Of a stretch of 64,000 nt of DNA, positions 54,992 through 64,000 are shown piece by piece. The stretch spans positions 150,037 through 214,036 of the forward strand of contig JAXDML010000010.1 in assembly GCA_034666125.1 (NCBI GenBank), read 5' to 3'. The DNA is from Candidatus Parcubacteria bacterium (GTDB lineage Bacteria; Patescibacteriota; Minisyncoccia; Phycocordibacterales; Phycocordibacteraceae). Both the position numbers and the translations under genes were made by a program. Under the pieces are notes generated by a model. The model saw only the letters and a list, made by a program, of their open reading frames with translations. It made no database searches and was not told the origin of the DNA. The first letter of the stretch is position 1; each line of letters opens with the position of its first letter.

Positions 54992-55489
54992 TCATTGTTC
55001 GGGGAACACGACCTGCACAAGATATTCTGAACGATGCACTTCGCGTCTGGCGCGGTCAAGATCGGCACGGGCCGTCTCGATCTCGTTTTCACCAAACGGA
55101 AGCGGGCAGCGGTTGCGAATGCGCAGGACGGCCCCGGTCGCCGGGTCCATCACGATATTCGCATCGCAATCCTCGCGCTCGCGGGAGAACATGATGCCCT
55201 CGAGCTGCCAGGCGCCCGCACGATAGGAATAGGATCCGACGACCCTTCCGTCCGTCCGCACCAGATGCACGGCGGTACCCGGAGCATCGTTGTCGGGCGT
55301 GAAGAAGTCCTCGATCAGGACGCGGTAGCCGCTCATTCGCCCTTCGTAGCTCGAATTCCCGCCAAGGATCGGGACTTGCCCCGCCTCCTGGTACGCGGCG
55401 ACCACGGGTGCCGCCGCCGTCAGCAAGTAGATGAGCGGAAGGGTCGGAATGATTCGCAGCCCCATTTTCTGATATTTCCCCTGACGCAT
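54992..55489 (-). CDS. Hypothetical exported protein
   Basis: GGGAG SD, TTGACT-17-TACGGT promoter, signal-like N-terminus. Confidence 0.55.
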   Translation of the reverse strand: MRQGKYQKMGLRIIPTLPLIYLLTAAAPVVAAYQEAGQVPILGGNSSYEGRMSGYRVLIEDFFTPDNDAPGTAVHLVRTDGRVVGSYSYRAGAWQLEGIMFSREREDCDANIVMDPATGAVLRIRNRCPLPFGENEIETARADLDRARREVHRSEYLVQVVFPEQ

Positions 55490-55576
55490 CTCACTCTCCC
55501 CTTTTCTCCTCTGCCGGCCAAACGCCAGCAGGGCTGTCCTATACCGTAGTACTTCGCAATAGCGGAGTCAATAACC

Positions 55577-55909
55577 CTAGGATCGGGCGTCGATAGGGGG
55601 CAGGGATGCGGTCTGCGCCTCATAGTGCGCGACCGTATCCTCGTTCCATTTGCGAAGCGTGTCGGCCTCGTCGCGGAGGCCCTGGTTCTCCTTCCGGAGA
55701 CGCCGTACGAAAAGGCTCTTATGAATGAGGCTCGGGATGGCCGCGAGGATGCCCAGGAGGGCGCCGACCGCCGCCGTAAGGATGATGACCAGGGCGAGCG
55801 GGCTTGCGAACTGCCATGAGAAGAAGCTGAGGGAAACGACCTCGGTATTCTGGAGCGCGAAGATGATGGTCGCCGCGCCGAGAACGAAGCCTAGAAGAAG
55901 AGGGAGCAT
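55577..55909 (-). CDS. LapA/DUF1049-family membrane protein
   Basis: IFALQNTEVVSLSFFSWQF...PLALVI. Confidence 0.8.
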   Translation of the reverse strand: MLPLLLGFVLGAATIIFALQNTEVVSLSFFSWQFASPLALVIILTAAVGALLGILAAIPSLIHKSLFVRRLRKENQGLRDEADTLRKWNEDTVAHYEAQTASLPPIDARS

Positions 55910-55994
55910 AAGGTCATTGGTTAGGTGTGTACCTATAGTATCACCGATGATTCATGCGGGTTAGATGAAGCGACCTCTACACGTGCGATGGTCC

Positions 55995-57065
55995 TTAATA
56001 CCCGATCGCCCAGGTGGTACCGCGGAGCGGGAATGCGCCCTTCTCGGTGCCGTTGCCTTCGACTCCGGTGACGTCGAGCATGAGATTCGTGCCGACGATA
56101 GCATTCGTGCCAAGCATTGCTTTTATGGTAAAGAGCTTCATCGCGCCCGGTTCGATCTTCGCGTCGGTGGGCGCGAACGCGCTCCCGCTCGTGAAGGGAT
56201 TCATGGCCGAGGCGCCGCGCGACCCGCCCTTATCATCGCTCGTCGATAGACTCGTGATAACGTTTCCGGAAGCCGTACCGTTCTGCTTCACCGTGAAGCC
56301 GGTCACCTGCACGGCTTCGGTCCCGGTGTTACGGAGCTGGAGGTACGCTACGGGCACCGTCGCGCCCGCGCGCGTCGTGCCCCCCGCAAGGAGTGGGATG
56401 GTCGTGACGGAGAGGACGCCCTTCGAGCTGCCGCCTCCGGAGACCGTGTTCTTGTCGCCTATGGTGAGCGTTGCCGTAGCGATCCCGTTCAGGTCGTAGC
56501 TCTTATCTCCGGTGAGGCGTACCTCGTACTCGCCTTTCTTGAGCGCCTTCGTCACCTTCGCCTCCCACTCCCCGCGCTTCACGGAAATGTTTTTCTTCTC
56601 GAAAACCTTCTTGTTCTTCTGGTAGATAGCGACATTCACTTTCTTGGTCCCGGATACCTCCCCGGAAAGGGCCGGCTTGGTGCCCGAAGTGACGTCGTCT
56701 ACGCTTCCGTCGATGACATTCGCCGTCACTTCGCAGGCGGCTTTTTTGCTGCCGTTCTTGAATTCGAACTCATAGGTCGTGGTCCTTTTCGGAGTGAACG
56801 TCTCGCTGTCCGATTCGGCTACCTCTTCCCCGTCGAGCTCGGCTTCCTGAGCGTTCTTGCTGTCCCACTCGATCTTGAGCGTTCCGCCCTCGCGGATAAT
56901 GACGTCGCCCTCTTTCGTTATCTCGGCTTCCCCTGCTGCGGTCGTTACGGTCAGGGTACAGCTCGGTTTCTTGGTCGCGGCTTCGGCCGTTGTCGGCATA
57001 AAGGCAATGAGAAGGAACGTCGCTCCGGTGAGGAGCGCATAGCGGGTCTTGTGTAGTGATGTCAT
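55995..57065 (-). CDS. Secreted beta-rich (Ig-like) surface protein
   Basis: Signal peptide; PSCTL...IEWDSKNA...TTTYEF. Confidence 0.75.
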   Translation of the reverse strand: MTSLHKTRYALLTGATFLLIAFMPTTAEAATKKPSCTLTVTTAAGEAEITKEGDVIIREGGTLKIEWDSKNAQEAELDGEEVAESDSETFTPKRTTTYEFEFKNGSKKAACEVTANVIDGSVDDVTSGTKPALSGEVSGTKKVNVAIYQKNKKVFEKKNISVKRGEWEAKVTKALKKGEYEVRLTGDKSYDLNGIATATLTIGDKNTVSGGGSSKGVLSVTTIPLLAGGTTRAGATVPVAYLQLRNTGTEAVQVTGFTVKQNGTASGNVITSLSTSDDKGGSRGASAMNPFTSGSAFAPTDAKIEPGAMKLFTIKAMLGTNAIVGTNLMLDVTGVEGNGTEKGAFPLRGTTWAIGY

Positions 57066-57114
57066 GTCTTAAGTATACGTGCGCCGGAGCCAAAGGAAAG
57101 CTGAGCCGTAGATC

Positions 57115-57150
57115 ATAAAAGCACCCCGCAAGATTGCGGGGTGCTTTTAT
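57115..57150. terminator. Intrinsic terminator
   Basis: ATAAAAGCACCCCGCAA-ga-TTGCGGGGTGCTTTTAT. Confidence 0.8.
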
Positions 57151-57170
57151 CGAACGCAACGCCTCGTGGG

Positions 57171-57407
57171 TTATGCGCCCGGAACGTCGTCACCGACGAG
57201 GTCCTCGTCATCGGAGCTGTCGAGCAGCAGCACGCCACTGTGCATGTGAATGCCGGGTGCCGTGCTAAGGGCCGCATTCGGGTTTGCGGCCTCAACGGAG
57301 CGCACGTCGCCGTCCTGGTTTACGTAGGCGAACATGGCCGCGCCTGCTCCAGCAGGACCCGCAACGAGTGCCGCCAGGGCGAGCGTTCCAAGAAGATACT
57401 TTTTCAT
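57171..57407 (-). CDS. Small secreted protein
   Basis: Signal peptide; FAYVNQDG...HSGVLL. Confidence 0.7.
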   Translation of the reverse strand: MKKYLLGTLALAALVAGPAGAGAAMFAYVNQDGDVRSVEAANPNAALSTAPGIHMHSGVLLLDSSDDEDLVGDDVPGA

Positions 57408-57535
57408 AGTCGATCGTAGGTTAGTTCTTAGGATGCCAGCGGCTATCCTTAAATAGAAGTTAAGCGCAAGCGTGATGAATCTTTCATGAACGGCTGAGCT
57501 TGCCTCATCTATAAGCTTACCACCCTTACCCTCTT

Positions 57536-58756
57536 TTATTTCTCTTCCCTGGGAGTAAAAAGGGACAGCATTTCCTCGTATGTCTGGCGTTTTTTAGTAA
57601 GTGTCGCCTTATTACCGGTAATTAGGACCTCTGCCGCGAATCCGTTGAGGTTGTAATTTGAACTCAGCACGCTCGCATGCCCTCCGGAGACGAGAATGGC
57701 GACAAGGTCGCCCTCCCGGGGGTCGGCTAGCTCGATATCCCGGTTGAATACGTCCGCAGATTCGCAAAGATACCCGACGACGGCGACTTTCCGCATTGCG
57801 CCGCCAGGTCTTGAAACGTTGACTATGTGATGATACGCCCCGTACATCGCCGGGCGGATGAGATGGTTGAAACCGGTGTCGAGCCCGACGAACGTCGTAC
57901 CGTCCTTCTCTTTTATCGTCGTTACGCGTGCAAGCAGGACGGTGGTCGTGGAAACCAGGAACTTCCCCGGTTCAAGGTAGAGTTGGATATCCCTCTTGGT
58001 CGACGCGGCGAACGTAGTGAATATCCCACCGATCTCTCGCGCGAATCCGCCGATGTCCACCTCTTCTTCGCCCGGAAGGTACCGCACTCCGTATCCTCCG
58101 CCCACATCCACGAATGTCACTTCCGGCAGGGTCATGGCGACCTCGCACAGTTTTGTTACCGCCTTCCTGAAAGCCGAGGGCTCGTAGAATCCGGAGCCAA
58201 TGTGACCGTGGATACCTACGATCGAGACCCCGGCAACCTTGCAGATAGCCTGCGCTTCTTTCATATCGGTAAGGGAGATGCCGAACTTGCTCCCGATGCC
58301 TCCCGTGAGGTTCGCTTCGAACTCCCCCGCCGCGACTTCGGGGCAGATGCGCACAGAGATCTGCCCGCCAGGAAATATCCCGCAGAAGCGAGAGATTTCC
58401 GAGAGTGAGCCGAGATTCTGAAGCACCCCCTGTTCGCCCACCTCCCTGATCGCGTCCGTAGACGGGTTGCTCGGAGTGAAGATGACCTGTTCGGGCCGAT
58501 ATCCAAGTTCAAGCGCCAGACGGACCTCGTTCGAGGAAACCGCATCGATGCCGTATATCCCCGCATCCTTGATGAGTCGTACGATGTGCGGATTCGAGTT
58601 CGTCTTTATCGCGTAAAAGATCTTAGCGGGAAGGTCCTTGAACGCATCGAGCATCTTACGAGCCTGCTCGGTAACTGCCGCTGCGTCGGTCACGAATGTC
58701 GGCGTCCCGTATTCCTCCGCAATGGATTCGGCCTGCTCCTTCGTAGGGATGAACAT
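57536..58756 (-). CDS. lysA: Diaminopimelate decarboxylase
   Basis: YAIKTN, SKFG, HGHIGS, DVGGG, EPGK, RPAMYGAYH, LCESAD. Confidence 0.9.
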   Translation of the reverse strand: MFIPTKEQAESIAEEYGTPTFVTDAAAVTEQARKMLDAFKDLPAKIFYAIKTNSNPHIVRLIKDAGIYGIDAVSSNEVRLALELGYRPEQVIFTPSNPSTDAIREVGEQGVLQNLGSLSEISRFCGIFPGGQISVRICPEVAAGEFEANLTGGIGSKFGISLTDMKEAQAICKVAGVSIVGIHGHIGSGFYEPSAFRKAVTKLCEVAMTLPEVTFVDVGGGYGVRYLPGEEEVDIGGFAREIGGIFTTFAASTKRDIQLYLEPGKFLVSTTTVLLARVTTIKEKDGTTFVGLDTGFNHLIRPAMYGAYHHIVNVSRPGGAMRKVAVVGYLCESADVFNRDIELADPREGDLVAILVSGGHASVLSSNYNLNGFAAEVLITGNKATLTKKRQTYEEMLSLFTPREEK

Positions 58757-58757
58757 G

Positions 58758-59012
58758 CTACGACTCCGACATCTGATCGAGATGCCGCGTGAAGTGCTTC
58801 TTGATGGTGGCGTCGAGCGCGCGGCTGAAGTCGATGGCATGCTTGGGCGAGAGCACGATCTCGCCGATGAGCTGTCCCGTGGGCGCCTCCGGCCGTACAT
58901 ACGCGAACTGAATGACGACCGAATCGTCAGAGACCGTGACCTGAGTCGCATTGCTGAAAGTCGGCTTCGCCGCCTGCGGGATGGTGATGGCTATCTGCTT
59001 GCGTTCGGCCAT
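58758..59012 (-). CDS. DUF3467-like protein
   Basis: FSNATQV......IQF...IVLSPKHAIDF..AL. Confidence 0.7.
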   Translation of the reverse strand: MAERKQIAITIPQAAKPTFSNATQVTVSDDSVVIQFAYVRPEAPTGQLIGEIVLSPKHAIDFSRALDATIKKHFTRHLDQMSES

Positions 59013-59015
59013 ACG

Positions 59016-59228
59016 TTAGCCGGGAATAAGCCCTGTTATGAGATCCACGACCCCCATGACCACGCCGCTTACGAGGTCCCAGATGGTGTTCCATCCCTGT
59101 TCGACAAGGCCGAGCACGAAGCCCATGTTGGTCTGCGTCGTCGGATTTTCTATGAGCCCTTGGACGGAAATGCCGAAGAACGACAGGAAGAGGACGGCGA
59201 CCACGACCCAGAAGATGATGCGAAGCAT
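59016..59228 (-). CDS. Small membrane protein
   Basis: Hydrophobic N-terminus LSFFGISVQ. Confidence 0.65.
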   Translation of the reverse strand: MLRIIFWVVVAVLFLSFFGISVQGLIENPTTQTNMGFVLGLVEQGWNTIWDLVSGVVMGVVDLITGLIPG

Positions 59229-59253
59229 ATGCCTAGAGTATATACTGCCCGCG

Positions 59254-59907
59254 ATGAGGCGGAAACCGCAGGAACAGGACGAGGCCTTCGCCGCCTATGA
59301 ACGGGAGGCGTATACGCATCTGAAGAAGGCCGACCCGGTGCTCCACCAGGCTGCCCTTCCCTTCCGGGGGAAGTTCGCCATGCGCCCGGACCCGAAGTCC
59401 CGCAACGATCAGCTTTTCGCCGCGCTTGCGGCGAGCGTCGTCGGGCAGCAGCTTTCCATGCGCGCGGCCGACACTATCTGGGTACGCGTAAAGGCCACCT
59501 GCGACGGCTCCGTGACTGCGCATACCATCGCAGCCGCCTCCGTTGCGCGCCTGCGCAAGGCCGGACTCTCGGCTGCGAAGGTGAAGACCCTGAAGGAACT
59601 CTCGAAAGCCGTACTCAAAGACGGCCTCAATCTCCTCGCGCTCCGTAAGCTCACTTACGAGGAAGCTGCCGCGCGCCTCACGAGGATCTGGGGCATCGGT
59701 CCCTGGACCGTCGAGATGTTCCTTATCTTCTCGCTCGGCGCCCGGGACATCTTCTCTCCGGGCGACCTGGCGCTCGCACGTGCTGTGGAGAAGCTCTACG
59801 GACTGCCGAAGAACGTCGCGCGCGCCGAGCTTTCTCGCATCGCCGAACGCTGGGCGCCCCATCGCTCGTTCGCCTGCCTTATCCTTTGGAAGCTGTACGA
59901 GGGGTAG
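59254..59907 (+). CDS. alkA: DNA-3-methyladenine glycosylase II (AlkA family)
   Basis: SVVGQQLS, HhH IWGIGPWT, D..SPGDL, WAPHRS. Confidence 0.88.
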   Translation: MRRKPQEQDEAFAAYEREAYTHLKKADPVLHQAALPFRGKFAMRPDPKSRNDQLFAALAASVVGQQLSMRAADTIWVRVKATCDGSVTAHTIAAASVARLRKAGLSAAKVKTLKELSKAVLKDGLNLLALRKLTYEEAAARLTRIWGIGPWTVEMFLIFSLGARDIFSPGDLALARAVEKLYGLPKNVARAELSRIAERWAPHRSFACLILWKLYEG

Positions 59908-59927
59908 GAGTATACTGGAGTAACTAT

Positions 59928-60413
59928 ATGGAAGAAGGATTCAAGTCCAGGGGAGGAATACCAGACCCATCAGACAATCCCTGGTCGCCTGCCGAGAGGC
60001 GACCGGGGGAAATGACCGCCGGCGAGCTGGAATATCGACGGGACGAGTTCCTCAAAGAACCTCACTATATTCAGGATTCAAAGGGTCATCATCTAGGCCG
60101 CATAACAAACATCCTTTCTCCGGATGATGAAATAGTCAGGGTGGCGCTTGATGACGGTGAAGAGATTGAGTATGGATCCGGTGATCCGATACAGGTGCAC
60201 GCAGAGTCGACGAGAATGAATGTTGAGAACAACGAGCTTAAGGTACGAGACTGTATTATTATCGGTTCAAAGATGCTCTATATTGCCGAACTCCCCCTAC
60301 GCGTGGGCGATCCCAACGAGATCAAGGTTATCCTGAAAGACGGATCCAGTATGATTTTTTATAAGGACGATCCGGAATACAAGCGGCTGAACATCATCCG
60401 GACCGGCGCCTAG
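59928..60413 (+). CDS. Hypothetical protein
   Basis: Lower-GC ORF with upstream TATACT and GGAG. Confidence 0.55.
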   Translation: MEEGFKSRGGIPDPSDNPWSPAERRPGEMTAGELEYRRDEFLKEPHYIQDSKGHHLGRITNILSPDDEIVRVALDDGEEIEYGSGDPIQVHAESTRMNVENNELKVRDCIIIGSKMLYIAELPLRVGDPNEIKVILKDGSSMIFYKDDPEYKRLNIIRTGA

Positions 60414-61768
60414 AGATACGACATCGGATTGAGGTACGCCTCCTTCGGGGCGACCGGCATACGCGCGTTGGCGCAGGGCGTGGTAGCTCCGCGGAACTGC
60501 CCGAGGGTCATGATCTGGACACCTTGCGAGGCATAGGTGGCGAAGTGGAGGTGGGGTCCCGTCGCGTACCCGGTCATGCCGGAGTAGCCGAGCACCGCGC
60601 CGGTCGCCACCGCCTGTCCCGGCGAGACGCTGATGCTTGAGAGGTGGGCGTAGAGGGTGGTGATGCCGTTCGCGTGCTTCACGAGCACCCACTTGCCGAA
60701 GGAGTAGCAGCCGGGGATGGCATCGGTGTTCCCCGTTCCCATGACCGAGCCCCCGAGCGCGGCGAGCACGCTCGTACCGCTCGGCATGCCGATATCGATG
60801 CCGTTATGCCCGCTGCCGTTGTATACCTGCGGGTTGGCGGTCGAGAACGGCGTCGTGCCGAAGTACTGAGTGATGCAGAAGCGGTTGGCAAGGGCTCCCG
60901 CCTTCGAGATGCAGCTGTCCGCGAACGCGCTGGTGTACGGCCAGGCGAGGACGCCCGTACCCACGCTCGGGATGCTCGACGGGCTGACCGTGACGTTCAG
61001 GCTGTCTTCGAGCGCCGACAGCGCGCTCTCGAAGGCCTTCTGCTGCGCGCGCTTCTGCTCGATGATGGACTGGTACGTGGTCGCGGTCTGGTTCGCCTGG
61101 TTGAGGAGCCGCTGCTTCTCGGCCTTGTTCGCGTCGAGCTCGCCCTGCTGCGTGACGAGCTGGCGGCGGAGCTGTCCCAGCTCCGCCTTCGTCGCCTCGA
61201 CGGCGGTGTGTTGGTCGGTGAGCACGATGCGATCATTGGCGAGCCCATCTGCGTTCTCCTTGAGCGCGCCGTTGACCTCGCTCAATTGGTCGACGCTCGT
61301 CCATCCGTCCGTTAGGGTGTCGGCCGCGAAGATCCGTTCGATAAGGCTCGCGTCCTCCTCGTGCTGGAGCCGGCGCATCGCCTGCGCGACGGCCTTCAGG
61401 TCGAGCGCGATGGCCTCCGACTTATCGGTGATCTTGAGCGCGAGCTGGTCGAGCTTCAGGTTCGTAGCCGTGATCTTCGCCTGCGTCACGGATACCTGCG
61501 CGAGGATCTTCTGGCGCGAGATGTCGATGGACTTGATCGCGGACTCGTACGTCTGCTTCTGTCCGCTGATGACGTTCAGTTCCTTTTGATAGATGGCGAT
61601 CTCAGCCTCGAGCTCGGCGATCGCCTGATTGTGCTGATCTATCTGCGACTTGATCTCCGCTATGGACTGCGCGTGAAGCGCATGCGGGTACAGGTTCGCG
61701 AGCAGCGCGGAAATCCCCAGAAGGACCGCGAATATGAGGAAAAGTGACGTGAAGGAACGCAAACTCAT
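60410..61768 (-). CDS. Coiled-coil + M23 peptidase (murein hydrolase/activator)
   Basis: Signal peptide, long coiled coil, HNGIDIG, YAHLS, TGPHLHF. Confidence 0.9.
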   Translation of the reverse strand: MSLRSFTSLFLIFAVLLGISALLANLYPHALHAQSIAEIKSQIDQHNQAIAELEAEIAIYQKELNVISGQKQTYESAIKSIDISRQKILAQVSVTQAKITATNLKLDQLALKITDKSEAIALDLKAVAQAMRRLQHEEDASLIERIFAADTLTDGWTSVDQLSEVNGALKENADGLANDRIVLTDQHTAVEATKAELGQLRRQLVTQQGELDANKAEKQRLLNQANQTATTYQSIIEQKRAQQKAFESALSALEDSLNVTVSPSSIPSVGTGVLAWPYTSAFADSCISKAGALANRFCITQYFGTTPFSTANPQVYNGSGHNGIDIGMPSGTSVLAALGGSVMGTGNTDAIPGCYSFGKWVLVKHANGITTLYAHLSSISVSPGQAVATGAVLGYSGMTGYATGPHLHFATYASQGVQIMTLGQFRGATTPCANARMPVAPKEAYLNPMSYL

Positions 61769-63189
61769 ACAGTCAGTATATCAATAGACGATTGGATGCG
61801 GGACATGCTTTCAGCCTTGCCGAGAATATGGATGAGGGTGAACGGGTCGGGCGACTTCTCGCGGCCAGAGAGCGCGTAGCGGAGCGGCCAGAGGGCCGCT
61901 CCGCGTCCCCCGTCCTCCTTCGCGATACCGTCCGCATACGGCATCAAGGCGGCTTTGGCCTCCTCGGCACCGATGTCTTCATGAAGCGGCTCCAGTAGGG
62001 CTTTTAGGGCCTCTAGATGGCTCTTCGCGGCATTCTGTTCCCCTTTCGCGAGGAGCTGGGACATATCAAGCTCAGGTGTCGTAAAGATGCCCGAAAGCTC
62101 ATCCGCTAGCATCTCCCGGGCCTCCACGAGCGTGTAGGCTCGTTCGCGAATCGTGGGAACGGCGCGGCGGAGCCGCGCCGCGTCCGGCACTTTCAAATTG
62201 GCCTTCTTGACGAATTCGTCGTCAGAAAGCTTGCGCATATGCTCGCGATTCAGATAATTCAGTTTCTCTGTATCGAACTGAGCACCGCTCTTCTGTACGC
62301 GCTCGAGTGAGAACTCGGTCATCAGTTCTTGTGCCGTGAACACTTCCTCGTTCCCGCTCGGGTGCCAGCCGAGGAGCGCGAGGAAGTTGACCATCGCTTC
62401 GGGAAGATACCCGTCATCACGATAGTCGAGGAGCCCTTTCGCTCCGTCGCGCTTGGAAAGCTTTTTTGTGCCGTCCTTGCCAAGGATCGGTGGGAGCGTC
62501 GCGAATATCGGTCGCGGCTGATCGAGCGCGTCATACAGGGAGAGGAACTTCGGAGTCGACGCGACGAACTCGTGACCGCGCATGACGTGCGTGACTTCCA
62601 TCTCGATGTCGTCGACCACGTGCGCGAAGTTGTACGTCGGATACCCGTCGCCTTTTAAGAGTATGAAATCGTCGAGCGCTTCCTCCCCCGCCGAGAGCTT
62701 TCCAAGGACGACGTCGTCCCACTCGTACCGCTTGATAAGCGGCGTTTTGAAGCGCACTGGCGATAGGCCGTTCCACTCCTGAACGCGCGCGGGCCGATGT
62801 TCGCGGAACAGGAACGGCTTCTTCGCCATCTCGGCTTCCTTGCGGAAGGCCTCCATGTCCCTTTCCGTGTACGGATCCGGATAGGCGAAACCGGCCTCAA
62901 GCAGCTGCTCCACGTACTTCTTATAGATAGGAAGCCGTTCCGACTGGATGTATGGCTCGTGCGGTCCGCCGACGTCGATGCTCTCGTCCCATTTGATGCC
63001 GAGCCACTTCAAGGATTCCATCAGATTCCCTATGGCGCCTTCGACCTCCCGTTCCTTGTCCGTGTCCTCGATACGCAATATGAACGAGCCGCCGTGCTTG
63101 CGGGCATAGAGCCAGGCATAGAGCGCGGTGCGCGCTCCTCCCACGTGCATGAATCCTGTCGGACTGACGGCGAATCGTGTCCGTACCAT
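61765..63189 (-). CDS. gltX: Glutamate--tRNA ligase
   Basis: RFAVSPTGFMHVGG, RIEDTD, PTYNFA.VVDD, KLSKR. Confidence 0.96.
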   Translation of the reverse strand: MVRTRFAVSPTGFMHVGGARTALYAWLYARKHGGSFILRIEDTDKEREVEGAIGNLMESLKWLGIKWDESIDVGGPHEPYIQSERLPIYKKYVEQLLEAGFAYPDPYTERDMEAFRKEAEMAKKPFLFREHRPARVQEWNGLSPVRFKTPLIKRYEWDDVVLGKLSAGEEALDDFILLKGDGYPTYNFAHVVDDIEMEVTHVMRGHEFVASTPKFLSLYDALDQPRPIFATLPPILGKDGTKKLSKRDGAKGLLDYRDDGYLPEAMVNFLALLGWHPSGNEEVFTAQELMTEFSLERVQKSGAQFDTEKLNYLNREHMRKLSDDEFVKKANLKVPDAARLRRAVPTIRERAYTLVEAREMLADELSGIFTTPELDMSQLLAKGEQNAAKSHLEALKALLEPLHEDIGAEEAKAALMPYADGIAKEDGGRGAALWPLRYALSGREKSPDPFTLIHILGKAESMSRIQSSIDILTV

Positions 63190-63194
63190 AGGCG

Positions 63195-64000
63195 CTAGCG
63201 CTTTACGGGCGCCTGATGAGAAAGCCCGATGCGCAGGAGCTCCTCGGCGATAAGCCGGGCAGCGTCCGGATTCGCGAAGCCTTGTGCGGCCGCGCTCATG
63301 ACGTTCGCCACTGCCGGATTCGTGATGCGCTTGATCTCGGACATGAGGATGTGCGGCGTCATGTTCTCTTCCTCGAGCACGACCGCGGCTCCCGTACGCG
63401 CGTACGCGTACGCGTTCGTCCGTTGATCGTGACTGATGGACTCCGGTATGGGAACGAGGATGGAGGGCTTCCCCCAGAGCGATATCTCCGCGATGGCGGT
63501 CGAGCCCGCGCGCGATACCACCACGTCCGCCGCGCCTGCGGCGCGGCGCAGCGGTTCGAGAGTCAGGTACGGGAATGCATGATACCGACCCGCGTTCCCG
63601 CCGCTTCCCAGGACCACCCTGGAACGCGCAGACACTTCCGGGAAGTTATCCTTCCCCGTCTGGTGGATGACGTTCGCGAACGACGTCAGGTCAAGCAGTC
63701 CTTCAAGCACGATCTCGTTGATGCGCTTCGAGCCGGACGAGCCTCCGATGACGAAGACCGTCGGGACTCCCGGATCAAGGCCGAGTTCCTGCTTCGCGCC
63801 CTCGGGAAGCGGCTGCGTCATGAGCCCGCGCACGGGGATGCCCGTCAGCGCGATGTTCCCCCGCACCTTCTTCGGGAAGTACGGGATGGAGCTTTCGAAG
63901 GAAACCGCGATGCGCTTGGCGAACTTCGCCGCAAGCAGAACCGCCCGGCTCGGCTTCGAATCCGATTCGTGGACCATGACGGGTATGCCGAGCAGCCGTG
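63195..64000 (-). CDS. murG: MurG glycosyltransferase (5' end outside the window)
   Basis: HESD..P, TGIPVR, GGSSGS, SRAGS, HDQRTNA. Confidence 0.92.
   Translation of the reverse strand, partial: RLLGIPVMVHESDSKPSRAVLLAAKFAKRIAVSFESSIPYFPKKVRGNIALTGIPVRGLMTQPLPEGAKQELGLDPGVPTVFVIGGSSGSKRINEIVLEGLLDLTSFANVIHQTGKDNFPEVSARSRVVLGSGGNAGRYHAFPYLTLEPLRRAAGAADVVVSRAGSTAIAEISLWGKPSILVPIPESISHDQRTNAYAYARTGAAVVLEEENMTPHILMSEIKRITNPAVANVMSAAAQGFANPDAARLIAEELLRIGLSHQAPVKR

Noticed and set aside
1-64000. Alternative genetic code (UGA=Gly as in some CPR lineages)
   Set aside because: Genes such as the AOX-like gene, cysS and gltX end at TGA at expected lengths, and conserved ORFs are uninterrupted in code 11

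Overview
A ~62-65% GC bacterial chromosome segment in standard code 11. Compact housekeeping gene order, short ProRS and -10 boxes directly abutting start codons suggest a Patescibacteria/CPR (Parcubacteria-like) organism; this is an inference, not a database result. Core genes: proS, mreB-mreC-mrdA, greA-lysS, mraZ-rsmH-ftsL-ftsI-murF, tRNA-Glu(CTC), cfa, truB, rmuC, rplU, recR, dnaB, cysS, rplI, rpmA, pyrE-pyrF, SAM riboswitch-metK, lysA, alkA, gltX and partial murG. Single orphan genes with their own -35/-10 promoters and SD sites are interspersed. A lower-GC, integrase-free island (~38.7-51.1 kb) is rich in RNA structure. It holds a 102-nt tRNA-like element with two extra arms inside a 24-bp inverted repeat, whose non-canonical pairs all favour the antisense strand. 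It also holds four box/anti-box hairpin leaders resembling P4 CI / P1 C4 logic, duplicated promoter cassettes, a candidate 17-aa type I toxin, a putative TA pair, a three-gene HEPN operon and an EVE-like-HNH nuclease. Outside the island: an alternative oxidase + FAD-oxidoreductase operon, two G14 tracts at switch-like positions, a porin-like beta-barrel, a LysRS-DUF2000-like fusion and an unassigned ~250-nt structured RNA.
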